A DNA stretch of 64,000 bases from Pelagomonas calceolata (GCA_918797485.1 CAKKNE010000005.1:4278001-4342000); one strand, 5' to 3'; positions 41,501 to 51,041 are shown, counted from the stretch's first letter. Notes: generated by a model not told the origin, from the letters alone. Made by a program: numbers and translations.

Positions 41501-44500
41501 CGGACCGGACGTTCGGCGAAAAGGAGCCCTCGGAACAAAGCGTGGCGAAGATTGAGAAACTTGCCGACTTGTTGGGGGCGCCGCCGGGCTGGACTTCTTG
41601 CCGAGTGGCTCTACAGGCTGCTGTTGATGACACTCGAGTTGCTGAAAGTCTCAAGCAGGCCGACGCGGCCGCATCCAAATGGCGAAGTGACCCGGACGCG
41701 CTGCGGGATGTGGCGGAAAAACTAGCCACAAATTTAGCTGCGGTGGACTTGAACTCCAACGCGGGCGACGCTAGAAGGGCGGCGGCGTATCGACTCCGAG
41801 CGAGATGTGCCGCGGAAGCGGCAGATAGTTCGAAGGACTGCGCGGCCATGGAGGTTTTGCGATTTGTGGATGCGGTGCGGTCGCGGTGCGCGGGCGCGCC
41901 GGCGTTGATATCGAGTGGCGGAAATGATGATGGGTTACTCCTCAAGGCCGACGAGGCGAACCTACCTCTGAGGAAGTTCGTGCTTTGTCTAAGGGAGGCC
42001 CACGCTTCTGCAACAAGTGAGAGTATCGCGGTGAAAGTGGACGAGGCCACGGATTCACTCGTAAGTGTGTTCCGGAAAGCCGCGGCGTGGAGACTGGCCG
42101 CGCGGGCGTTAACTTTGAGGGACGCCGCCGTCGCCAAGCATCGAACGAACGACGAGCCCGGCGCGAAAAGGAGAGGACACGTCGCCCTTGGAAGACTAAA
42201 AGCTTTACTGGACGCGGCCGAGCCAGACGCGGAGCTCTGCGTGGCCTGTGCGCTCGCGGCCCCGCCGAAGAAGGCTTTTGATGCGTATCGAAGTGCGGTC
42301 GGGACGTGCGGCGGCTCGGCGGCGGAGCTCGATCGTTTAGCTTTGTTGGCCACGGTGGGGGAGGCCGTCGCCGCGAGACTCGATGACGGCGCTTTGGAAC
42401 ATGCCTCTCGATCACTCGCCCACGACGCGGTCTGGTGGCGCTTCTTGAAGAGAAGAGGCGTGGCCTTCGACCACGCTCGATTATGTTTGCAGGCTTCCGC
42501 CACTACTGTGGATGTCAGAGATATCCTTAGACGTTCAGCAAGTCATGCTACGGAGCTCTTACCGGCGGTCCTGGACGCGCCGGACCCCGACGATCTTATG
42601 AAGTTGCAGGAGGAAGGCGATTGTAGGAGACCCGTGTCCTGCTCATTAATCAGGCAGGTCCTCGAGTTCTGCGGTCGGTTTGGCGTCGAGGACGACGTCG
42701 CCGGTGCCGCGATCGCTACGAGGGTCTTAGCACGAGGCGTAAGCGGAGACGGCGAGTCGTTGAGTGACGCGGCGCGCGACGCGCTCGATCTCGTGCGAGA
42801 TCCTGAAAGAAGAATTCGGGTCTTACGAGCTGCCCTCGCGACGGCCGACGCCACGGCCTACGATCGACTGGATCTGATCTTGAGGATGCTCGTCGAGGAG
42901 AAGGAAGAGGACGAACCGAGAGTCGCTCTGTCTCCCGTCGACGAGAACACATCCAACCAAGTGGCCAAGGTCTCGGACGCCGAGAAGCGAAGGGCGGCGC
43001 TGTTACGAGCGTGCGTCATCGACGCGCAGAGAGCTGCGCGAGCGGCGGGCGGGTCGGTGGAAGCTCGAGATGATAGAGCCTTCGCGGCGCCGTCGGAAGC
43101 TACTCTCAAAAAGTGGATCCGCTGCGTCGCCTGGCTGCGGCAGGTGCGCGACGACGCGGCGACGCATTTAGGCGCGGCGGGCGCGAGAGCGCTGGGAGCG
43201 CGGAAGCTGCCCTTCCACGAGCTCGTGGTAAGGCCCCTGGAGACTTTAGCTCCGCTCCTCTCGGAGCAGTCGGCGCCGTTTCTGGCGCGCATCTCGCAGG
43301 TCGTGGATAACTTGCCGAAGGGCGCGGAATGGATCGCGTGTGCGGATTTGGTGGCTGAGGACGGCGTGCCCCGGCCCCGGTCAAGGGCGGAGGTCGACTT
43401 CTACCGGAGGCTCGACAAGTGCCCGAACGCGCGGTTGGCCTACAAGCGAGCCGACGCCTTGGCCGACGCCTTCGCCGAGCGATTACAGGCGGCACCGACC
43501 GATAGGGACGGCCTCGGCCACCTCAAGGCGGCGCGCGAGGCGGCGAAGTACGCGTCGCGCTGGGCCGACCGGGAGAACACGCCCGCAGCCCTGGACGCGC
43601 GCGCCGCGGCCGTCAAGCGCGCGGACGCCGCGGCGCGACGAGCCGCTGCGGTCCTGTTCGGCGGCGGATCGATACAAGACGACGACGTTTCAAGATCGGG
43701 TTCCGCGGGATTACTGAGAAGATTGTACGCGCGGGCCGCGGACGCCGCGGCGGACCAAGCACTAGCGACGCGCGGCGCGACGGACGCCTTCGGCCAGGCG
43801 GCGGCGAGAGCGCATCGCGCCGCGGCGGCCGTCGCCGCGCGGGAGAACGACCCCGGTAGTGCGGAGGTCGCGCGGCGCGAGCTCGCGAGGCGGTGGTTGT
43901 TTGATGATGACGACGGCACCGACGATTTATCAGGAGACGACGCTTTGTCTCCGTCACCGTTGGAGAAGAGAGATAGGGCGCTGGCGCGCGCCGCCGTCAA
44001 GGTCGCGTTCGTGTTGAGCGCGCGGGACGGCGTCACGTTGAGCGGCGGCGACCCGATCCAGGCGGCCCTCCAAAAGGCGTTAGATGGCGACTCGGCGGCG
44101 GACGTCGTGCCTCGGTCCGACGAACGGGGTGCGGTCGAGCTGTTAGTGGAACTCGCGGCGGCGACGGGCGGCCCGGGCGACGAGGCCGACCACCAGGACG
44201 CCGACGAGGTCGACGCGCCCTGGCTGGATTCTGATGATGACGACCAGGGCTCGGAAGTGCTGGCTAGAAGGGCGGAGACGGGCGAGCGGCGGCGGTTGAC
44301 GGCGCGGGCGCGCCTGCGCGCGTTGCGGGCGGCCGCGGTGCTCGCGCGCGGCGACCGGAGGCGGCTGGAAGATGCGTGGCGGAATGCGGCAAAGGCCGAG
44401 GACGCGCCTCCCACATTACTGGCGTTGAGTCGGCGGCTGCGCGTCGTGGCCGAGCTGTCGGCGGCGCGCCTGCCGCACGCTAGAGTGGTCGCCAAGCACG

Positions 44501-45153
44501 GCGTGGCCTGCGGCGTCGGCGCGGCGCGCTTCGTCGAGACGTTGCTGCGGGACCGCGGCGGCGACGCGAGGCTGGCGCCCACTTTATTGCCGTTGCTGTG
44601 CGCCGTCCTGCTCGAGGCCGACGACGACGAGGCCGTCGAGGAGTCGTCGTCGAGCAGGGACGCGCGCCTCGACGCGGCGGACGCGGCGCGGGCGCCGCTC
44701 TGGGCGGCGTTGTTCGACGCGCTGGCGGCGCACGAACAGTGGCGTCCTTTATTAGCGACGGCGGCGCGGTTGGCGCCGCGACCGTGGTTCCGGTCGTTCC
44801 GGGCCCGGCTCTGCGACGGCGCCGTCAAGCGGGCGCTCGCGGCGCCCTGCGCCGCGCTGGCGCAGCGCGCCGTGGCGCGGCGGCGCGCGCGGGCCGCGGC
44901 GTCGTGGGACGAGGATCAAGGTGATCAGGCCGTCGACGACTCGGACGCGCGCGCGGTCCTCGACGACGTCGCGAGCGTCGCGCGGGCGCGGCCGAGCGCC
45001 GTCGACGCGGCCCTGCTGGCCTCGATCCGCGACGCGTTACGAACGTTCCACCCCGCTGCTCTGGCGGCGTTCGACGGCACGGACGCGGCGCCGGCGGCGC
45101 GGTCGTCGAGCTTCGGGGGGCGGCGCATTTCCCTCGGTCCCTCTCCTGAATAA
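38578..45153 (+). CDS. KNTC1: Kinetochore-associated protein 1 / ROD (RZZ complex)-like
   Basis: 2191 aa; N-terminal beta-propeller-like region then helical solenoid. YVSWVFGEVAPSL..LAAWAATRARALE, PDAELCVACAL..RLALLATVG..WWRFLKRRGVAF and RKLPFH resemble recalled ROD motifs. Confidence 0.7.
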   Translation: MAQQYDEQIQHVAEGERILCAVDGCTIVQTADGAVALTGEARIALGPATHAACCWRDVPRACAVALTDDQADQGSPRHRVAFLTTKGLVDTVECGPSVAPFSHVVGAAFRAGDGALGVLYGDGALRVALLGLDGGRVVEEAACVSTAAAGGTALAVVGDRFAVGAADGSCAVVKARLCAVLGQAAIARDLDLPASEAGEPVTALAATDRWLFVAAGRALRWWDARTGAPVSAFRAPAPLRSLAVVVAAPDAAGTTWVLAACADDGATATLRYDRRSGMACAAAPAGGCAGVATAKDGFVAFGATAVCRLTARKVVTQTRPLTPPSKPLEDHGDALEATLRNVVDGKSAEPLSSIFAAAPSDTIQKAATAVIAAPYASSTQARSALDAAIEGLIEETDDEQKVNAERLLQTTQRRLDVFARVLDAAARCGSTLDDGAWPRAWARFRDGDAGAHAKEACERGHASVAAVLWRELRFDDGDARTRGAAARSRADARAVKCVEGLPVDAPVATYVSWVFGEVAPSLAGGALGRLAAWAATRARALEADGRLDDALLIAREAHDSIGDRCGAGAVACGNDGDAWLADSEAADAQKDIAELRSALERVAALRDAHGVDAQLGEYEACDKASLARRLLDRVEAVNDVASHVEEHVRPVCREHDVDADDILTAYISARAEKHTQLRNSRRRRRDEAASENDDLAFAVAALDEVDDDAKRTSAALTILTAARAPFSDGVIALAHRSDLLDSDASVDEKRRPLADAARLVRLAHLAHRHRVRGFDAGDAAHARFLLRRIASGAWRLRRMAPRDALRDATTLARAYPATLSRRDAVVAFARGATRPEFYDDESQATAVNEAADAAVGVARRALRDACAAGAERRSARREVVAYCLRVLDGGDDGAQLKRRELAACAQLGAGVAADLADDVGGSRKDDDSSLRDADAKARKCLDIVDACQRSLDVWDCTSFDLRDDASALKLLQRVADRTFGEKEPSEQSVAKIEKLADLLGAPPGWTSCRVALQAAVDDTRVAESLKQADAAASKWRSDPDALRDVAEKLATNLAAVDLNSNAGDARRAAAYRLRARCAAEAADSSKDCAAMEVLRFVDAVRSRCAGAPALISSGGNDDGLLLKADEANLPLRKFVLCLREAHASATSESIAVKVDEATDSLVSVFRKAAAWRLAARALTLRDAAVAKHRTNDEPGAKRRGHVALGRLKALLDAAEPDAELCVACALAAPPKKAFDAYRSAVGTCGGSAAELDRLALLATVGEAVAARLDDGALEHASRSLAHDAVWWRFLKRRGVAFDHARLCLQASATTVDVRDILRRSASHATELLPAVLDAPDPDDLMKLQEEGDCRRPVSCSLIRQVLEFCGRFGVEDDVAGAAIATRVLARGVSGDGESLSDAARDALDLVRDPERRIRVLRAALATADATAYDRLDLILRMLVEEKEEDEPRVALSPVDENTSNQVAKVSDAEKRRAALLRACVIDAQRAARAAGGSVEARDDRAFAAPSEATLKKWIRCVAWLRQVRDDAATHLGAAGARALGARKLPFHELVVRPLETLAPLLSEQSAPFLARISQVVDNLPKGAEWIACADLVAEDGVPRPRSRAEVDFYRRLDKCPNARLAYKRADALADAFAERLQAAPTDRDGLGHLKAAREAAKYASRWADRENTPAALDARAAAVKRADAAARRAAAVLFGGGSIQDDDVSRSGSAGLLRRLYARAADAAADQALATRGATDAFGQAAARAHRAAAAVAARENDPGSAEVARRELARRWLFDDDDGTDDLSGDDALSPSPLEKRDRALARAAVKVAFVLSARDGVTLSGGDPIQAALQKALDGDSAADVVPRSDERGAVELLVELAAATGGPGDEADHQDADEVDAPWLDSDDDDQGSEVLARRAETGERRRLTARARLRALRAAAVLARGDRRRLEDAWRNAAKAEDAPPTLLALSRRLRVVAELSAARLPHARVVAKHGVACGVGAARFVETLLRDRGGDARLAPTLLPLLCAVLLEADDDEAVEESSSSRDARLDAADAARAPLWAALFDALAAHEQWRPLLATAARLAPRPWFRSFRARLCDGAVKRALAAPCAALAQRAVARRRARAAASWDEDQGDQAVDDSDARAVLDDVASVARARPSAVDAALLASIRDALRTFHPAALAAFDGTDAAPAARSSSFGGRRISLGPSPE

Positions 45154-45255
45154 GAGCTCCCCTTTCCCTACTATTTACGAACGTCTTGTGTTAGGCAGCG
45201 CGCGCTAGACCGCTCTTCTTGGGCGCGGGCGGCGAGCGCTGCGTTTTTCGCGGTC

Positions 45256-46317
45256 TCACGGCGCCACGCACATGAAGCGAGCCCCGGATGTCGTGTCGCA
45301 CTTGGTGCACGAATTGTCGCCGCCGAGCCACGAGCACTCCGAATCCTTGCCAGAAGGGCAGGCCTTGTTGCAGGCGCCAGACGGCGGCGGCGACGGCGCG
45401 TCGCCGATCTGCCACTGCTGCGTCTTATCTCCTTCCTTGCCCTTGCACTTCTCCATTGTGAGCTTGCCCTCGTGGTCGGTCAGGCACATGTCTCCGTTGT
45501 TTGCGTTATCGTACACCCTAATCGTAGTCCCGTCGTAGTACAAATTGCCCTCGTTTGACTCGAGGTACTTGCAATCCCAGAGGATCATGTCACACCCGGT
45601 CTTCGGGTTACACCATTGAAGGCTGGCGGAAAGGCACCGGTTGGCGCTGTTCGTCTTATCAATGATATCGTGGTCATAGACGATCCTTCCCTCCCCGTTG
45701 ACCTTTTCGCTGCCAGTCTCGTAGCTGTACGTGAACTGCTGGAGCGAAAGCCGGTGGCCGGCGCCGTCACCGCCTCCGCATTTGTCTACTATGAGCGTGT
45801 CATGAATACGGAAATCCGCCGCGGGGGAGAACGTCACGCACTTGGTCGGGTCCGACTTAAGCCGGATCTGCGCGTCCTTGATCGTGAGGCTCGGCGTGTT
45901 CGGCGGCGCGACCGGCCGCGTACCGCGGTCGCACTCCATCGAGGGGTTCTTGCCCCAGTTCTGACACACGCCGCACTCGTTGAACTCCGGCCACCTCGTG
46001 GCGCAGTCCGCGTCGGTGGTGCACTTCCGCTCGCAAGCGTAAGTTTCGATGCCGTCATCGGGAAAGTCGTCGTCGTCCCAAAAGTAGGGGTGCGGCCCTT
46101 CGTCGTCCACCTCGGTCGTCTCGTGCTTGTGCTTGCTGTGTAGGTTCGACGCGTGGCGCGGCCCGGGAGAGGTCCGCACCGCCGTCGCGGCGAGGACGCC
46201 GATGACAAATGAGACTAGAGCGGCGCCGACGACGACGCGCCTGATGCCTATGGTCTTGGGCTTGCGAAGGAGCGTCGCGCCCTCCTCGTCGACAGGGATG
46301 GTTTCTTCGAGAGTCAT
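45256..46317 (-). CDS. Type II membrane protein with ricin-B (R-type lectin)-like domain and Cys-rich modules, paralogue A
   Basis: TM VVVGAALVSFVIGVLAA; KCVT..C..QQF, RCLS..WDC, MCL..C..QQW repeats. Confidence 0.75.
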   Translation of the reverse strand: MTLEETIPVDEEGATLLRKPKTIGIRRVVVGAALVSFVIGVLAATAVRTSPGPRHASNLHSKHKHETTEVDDEGPHPYFWDDDDFPDDGIETYACERKCTTDADCATRWPEFNECGVCQNWGKNPSMECDRGTRPVAPPNTPSLTIKDAQIRLKSDPTKCVTFSPAADFRIHDTLIVDKCGGGDGAGHRLSLQQFTYSYETGSEKVNGEGRIVYDHDIIDKTNSANRCLSASLQWCNPKTGCDMILWDCKYLESNEGNLYYDGTTIRVYDNANNGDMCLTDHEGKLTMEKCKGKEGDKTQQWQIGDAPSPPPSGACNKACPSGKDSECSWLGGDNSCTKCDTTSGARFMCVAP

Positions 46318-46507
46318 GTTATCTCGGCTTATTTGCACTGTTACTGGGCACGACGAGGGTTTTAGGGGCTCTCTCACTCGCCGCTCCTGGGTTGCTGAAT
46401 AAGCTCAGAGCGCTCCGCAGAATCCATCTGTGCGCCCGCCGCCGATGAATCGGTGTCTATGTACAGATCCAAACCGGCCTTTGAGACCTCTAAAAACCGT
46501 GGCGTGA

Positions 46508-46531
46508 GCTAGCGGCCTGTAAGACACTAGG
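46508..46531 (-). promoter_or_regulatory. Recurrent upstream CTAG-flanked motif, copy 7
   Basis: Reverse complement CCTAGTGTCTTACAGGCCGCTAGC, divergent intergenic. Confidence 0.7.
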
Positions 46532-46695
46532 CAACCAAAAAATTTAATATTAGCTGAGAGAAACACAGTAGATGCGCGTGCCACATCTTGACCAAAAATC
46601 CAAGTTGGGCTGCTTCGCGCTCGCCAGATCAGCGGCGTCGTGCGATCGGCTGCCCTCGGGATCGGCTGCCTCCAGACAATCCCGTCCTCGATGAG

Positions 46696-47742
46696 ATGCT
46701 GCGCCGCGCTCTGGTGAGTCTGGTCGCTGCCGCGGTCGTGGGCTCGGACGCGGCCGCCGCTCCATCATCATGCATAACCAACACGACGAATGCGACGGCG
46801 GACGAGAGGGTCTATGCGCTGAGCCGCAAGTTCCAATGCCCGGACGTCGACGACGTGCCCATGGCCTGCGCCTGGACGACGGCGTGGCAGCGGCGGGTGT
46901 TCCATCTCCACATGTCGAAAATGGCCGGACGGGAGGTGCTCGCGCGCGCGCCGGCGGCCATTGACGTCCAAAAGTGCCCAGGCGAAGTTCCCGGCAGCCT
47001 CGCGACGTTTAGGGGCCACGTCCGGCCGCCGGTCGCGCCGTGTTTCTATAGCTATGAGACGACGTGGGATAATGCTGTCGCGGCCTATGCGAGCAGACCG
47101 CCGCCGCTCGTCGTGACAATGATCCGCGAACCCATAGCGTGGGCGTTCTCGAAGATCACGCACAAGAAGAATCGGCGCGTCGAACCCATGGTCGCGCAAG
47201 GCTGCATCGAAGCGCCGTCGCCATCGATTGAGTGCGCAAAGATCAATTTTGCTCGCTTCGCGCTCGAACACCTGGGCTCGCCGCTAGGGCCAGAATGCGA
47301 CGCGGTGGCCCAGGCGGCGCTAGCGCGTCAGCGACTCGATGCTTCGGTCGTCGGCCTCGTGGAGGATCTGGACGCGTCGCTGTGCCTCTGGGAGTACCAG
47401 TTCGGCCACCACCGCGCCAACGCGACGGACTACGCCCGGCGCTGCGACTGCCGCGGCGATGTGCGACGGGCTGCGGCGGCGGCGAGCGCGGCGGCGCTCC
47501 GGGGCAACGCTCACGTGGTGGGCATCACCGGAGGTCCGAAACACGCGGGAAAATACGAAGAACAAGTCTCGTTGCGCGCGGTCCTGCGCATCGAGGCCGC
47601 GCTCCGGCCCCACGCGCGGCTCTACGACTACGCGGCGGGCCTCTTCCGGCGGCGCGCCGATGTTGTCGCGCGCACGACGGGCGTGCGGCTCCTATGCGAC
47701 GACGACGCGCCGACGGGTTATTCCGGTGCCAAGCCAGCATAA
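46696..47742 (+). CDS. Golgi-type sulfotransferase-like protein
   Basis: Signal peptide; 5'-PSB-like FHLHMSKMAG; 3'-PB-like TMIREPIAWAFS; VVGLVEDLDASL; RLYDYA..LF. Confidence 0.7.
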   Translation: MLRRALVSLVAAAVVGSDAAAAPSSCITNTTNATADERVYALSRKFQCPDVDDVPMACAWTTAWQRRVFHLHMSKMAGREVLARAPAAIDVQKCPGEVPGSLATFRGHVRPPVAPCFYSYETTWDNAVAAYASRPPPLVVTMIREPIAWAFSKITHKKNRRVEPMVAQGCIEAPSPSIECAKINFARFALEHLGSPLGPECDAVAQAALARQRLDASVVGLVEDLDASLCLWEYQFGHHRANATDYARRCDCRGDVRRAAAAASAAALRGNAHVVGITGGPKHAGKYEEQVSLRAVLRIEAALRPHARLYDYAAGLFRRRADVVARTTGVRLLCDDDAPTGYSGAKPA

Positions 47743-47850
47743 GATACGAACGTCATGTTAGGCAGCGCGGGCGGGGGCGAGGGATCATCGCCTAAGGGGA
47801 GACCCGCTCTTCTTGGGCGCGGGCGGCGGGCGCTGCGTTCTTTCGCGGTC

Positions 47851-48738
47851 TCACGGCGCCACGCACGTGAAGCGAGTCCCGGGCGTCGTGTCGCACTTGG
47901 TGCACGAGTTAGCGGCGCCGCCGAACCACGAGCACTCCGAATCCTTGCCGGAGGGGCAGGGGTGGTTGCAGGCGCCGCCAGACGGGTGCGGCGACGGCGC
48001 GTCGCCGATCTGCCACTGCTGCGTGTTGTATCCGTCGTGGCACGTGTTCCACGTGATCTCCTGGTTGCTTTGGACCATCAAGCAGAGGTATTCGCCGTTA
48101 CTATTGGGAACCTTGATCTGCTTCGAGGTTTGGTCCCAGTGGACGTTCTCACCGTTCTCAGACTTCGAATCCGACTCAGGCCACCACAGGAGAGCTTGGC
48201 ACTTTGTCGTCGTGTCCCAACACCCCCACATATCGAGGGAGAGCGTGGAGAGCCCGCCGCTGTCTTGATGGTCTCTGAGTTCGATCCGCCCCGAGCTAGC
48301 GTGCCCCGAGCCGAACTTGTACTGATAGTTGAACCGCTGCTTCGAGTGGTGGCCCTTGCCAGTGCCAGTGCCGCAGTCGGCGAGGACCAGGTGCTGCATG
48401 TTCGCCGTGGCCGTGAGGCACTTCTTGCCCTTGGAATGGACGAGGCTGATGTGGGCGTCACTGATCTTCGTAGAGTGGAGGTCCATGGCGCCGGGCGTCG
48501 AGGTACTACCGACCGCCGTCGCGGCGACCACGCCGAGGACGAACGACAGCGCGGCGGCCTGCGCGGGGCGACGCCGTCGCGGAACCGTTTCACAGCACGA
48601 TCGTCGATCGCCGGCGATTCGCCGCGCGCGTCGGGGACGCTGGGTGCGCACGGCGACCACGACGCGTCGGAGACCGGTCTTAGGCTTCTCGAGGAGCGCG
48701 TTCTCCTCCGCTGGGATGGTCTCGAACTCAGTAGACAT
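47851..48738 (-). CDS. Ricin-B-like type II membrane protein, paralogue B; in-frame intron 48559-48651
   Basis: Paralogous to 45256-46317. Removing a 93-bp GTGCGC..CCGCGCAG segment restores the TM helix RRVVVA|AAALSFVLG, collinear with paralogue A. Confidence 0.75.
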   Translation of the reverse strand: MSTEFETIPAEENALLEKPKTGLRRVVVAVRTQRPRRARRIAGDRRSCCETVPRRRRPAQAAALSFVLGVVAATAVGSTSTPGAMDLHSTKISDAHISLVHSKGKKCLTATANMQHLVLADCGTGTGKGHHSKQRFNYQYKFGSGHASSGRIELRDHQDSGGLSTLSLDMWGCWDTTTKCQALLWWPESDSKSENGENVHWDQTSKQIKVPNSNGEYLCLMVQSNQEITWNTCHDGYNTQQWQIGDAPSPHPSGGACNHPCPSGKDSECSWFGGAANSCTKCDTTPGTRFTCVAP

Positions 48739-48936
48739 AATGAATGGATGGCCTGTGTTGAAAAGGCTTATTTATTGCTCTATGCAGGTGAACGACAAGG
48801 TTTCAGGCGCGCTGTCGTTTCGGCGCAGTGGTAGGCACGAGACTTAGTTGAATTGTATAGAGATTGCGTCGCTACAAAGCTTCAAAGTCGTGCTCTGAGT
48901 GACAAAAACCCGTACTAAAGGGAGGGGTATCGGCGA

Positions 48937-50876
48937 CTAGGTATAGATCTTAGCCGGCTTCTGCGACCGAAAACTACCAGAAGAACCGAGCCGCCGCCGC
49001 GCCGACGAGTACTCGGGCAGCGCCTCGTCCAAAGCGTCGTCGAGCGCGGACCCCGATCTTTGGAGAGGACGCGGCGCCTCGCCGTCGTCGCGGGCCCGCC
49101 ACCGGTCGCCATCATCCGGCCGCCTTCTAGGAGGCGTCCGCACTCTTAAATCTTGGTCGAACTTCGCCGGCACAAAAGCCGCGGATAGAGCGTCCCCGAA
49201 AGCCGCGGCCTCCTCTCTGAGTTTTGAGACGCGCTCCGTGATGGCCTTCGCTACTTTCCCAATCTTCCTTATATGATTCCGCTCGAACTCGTCGTCGACC
49301 CTCAAACGCCTTCTACCACTGGTCAGAATGTCGAAGTCGCCTGGAACTTTTTTGTCGTCGAAGGAGTCGCGGAGAGGCGGCGCGCCGATGGCGTCGGACC
49401 GTCGAGGCCTTCTCACACGTTCCGTGTCTCTTTGGAACCAGCCCCTGGACGTGTCCTTGCCACCCAGCGCGTACAACGCAACTAACCCAGCCTGGCCCAG
49501 GAAGAAACACGTCGCTTCGCCGATCTCGAAGATTTCTCGTCGGTAGGGGTCCTCGGCCATGTGCGCGACGAATATTACGATAGGTGTGGCCAGCAACCAC
49601 ATCGCGCCTAAGACTCTAAGTACCCTACAAAAAGCCTGCTTCTGGGGGAAATGTTTTATGGTATCCGTCACGGCCTTGAGGAACCAGGCGCACGCTACTA
49701 ATCGTAGAACGGCTAAAAAGATACCTGTCGAACCGGCATAGGCGAATTGTACTTCGACGTCGTTTCTGACGCGTTGCGACCAGGCCAGGCCTGTGTGGAA
49801 ATCAACCAGTGAGTTAGGTTCCGACGCGGCCACGGGGCCAACGTCGCGTCGATGGCGGGGGGCGCCCGAATCTGATTTCCACACAGGGCCAGACACGCGA
49901 AGGATGCCATGGCGTACGTCGCCGCAAAGGCCGCGAGCTTCATGCGCGACGCGACGCGTAACTTGTGGCGTACGATCGTCCAGCCCTTGCCCAGTAACAC
50001 GAGGAGTATGACAATTTCCACATCGGCGACGCCGTGGCAGACTCGCGACAACGTGTCCAACCACAAGGGCGCCTGGCCCTTGCCCTGGTACCTCAAGTAG
50101 AAGCACATCCTCAGGAGTAGGGCGACCCACTCGAAGGCCACGGCCTCGGTCAAAACTCTAGTTGTTAAATGGAGTTTTTTCCCGCCCGCCTCCAACCTTA
50201 CGCGTACTCGATAAGCTGCCACTAAACAAAGTGTTTGCAGACAGAAGAGTAGGATGGACGTAACGGGCAGTGCATCTTCATCGGCAGAAAATTCCTTGCC
50301 CCACTCGTTCCCGTTCCACAGGTGGAATTCGTATTCGATCTCCGTCGGACCCATGCACCTATTCTTATACTCCAAGTCACACGAGATTAATTGCGCCTGC
50401 TGGGCGATTGACAAACTACCGTTCTGAAAGTCGGAAGAGCACTTCTCGTTGCACCTCGTGTTGTAGTTGCTCCACACTAAGTAGACAAATCTGGGGCTTC
50501 TTGAAATCAAGTACGACTTCTTGGTGGACGTCGTCTCCTGCCCGTCGACCATGAGGAAGTCGTAGGCGACCGTGGCTTTGGCATACCTCTCTTCGAGACT
50601 GAGCTCGGTGAAAGTTTTATTGGCGATCGAAGGAAAGGCGTTGGCCCCCTCTTCAAAGTACATCAAGAGTGAACCGCCCCGATGCTTGACCTTCAGCTCG
50701 AAGTTCGCGTGGAGCTCGAGGACTGGAGGATCACCTGTTTTCTCCTCTTGATCATCAGGCGTTGCGGAGAAGCAGAAGCGTTCCAGGTAGGTCCAGCTCG
50801 TCGGTTTCGAGACGGTCTTCTTCGTCTTCATGGCTTTGATGGTGGGGAGGAGGAGGAGGAGGCGGCGCGCCATCAT
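48937..50876 (-). CDS. GPR180/TMEM145-like 7-TM protein; intron 49791-49894
   Basis: WTYLERFCF, SRSPRFVY, EYEFHLWNG..EFSADE, LLVLLGKGWTI, TIKHFPQKQAF. Splicing joins ASFAC|LAWSQRV across two ORF-track entries. Confidence 0.85.
49783..49894 (-). mobile_element. Intact short introner: 104-bp GT-AG intron with TIRs and 8-bp TSD
   Basis: TIR CTGTGTGGAAATC / GATTTCCACACAG (49791-49886). TSD GTCTGGCC / GCCTGGCC. 3' end AACCTAACTCACTGGTTGATTTC shared with the 25880 element. Confidence 0.92.
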
Positions 50877-51041
50877 GGGCTGCCCCCAACAGCTTCTGAC
50901 CTACGAGGAGAACCGGCGACGCGGAACGGCGCGCCGCGTATCACCCAGGACGGGCAGCTGTTGCGTCTCGTCTCGTAGCCACGAACCGGGCAGCCCTTGC
51001 GGTGCAATGCAAGCCGTTGGGCGCACGCGCCGGGGCCAGTT

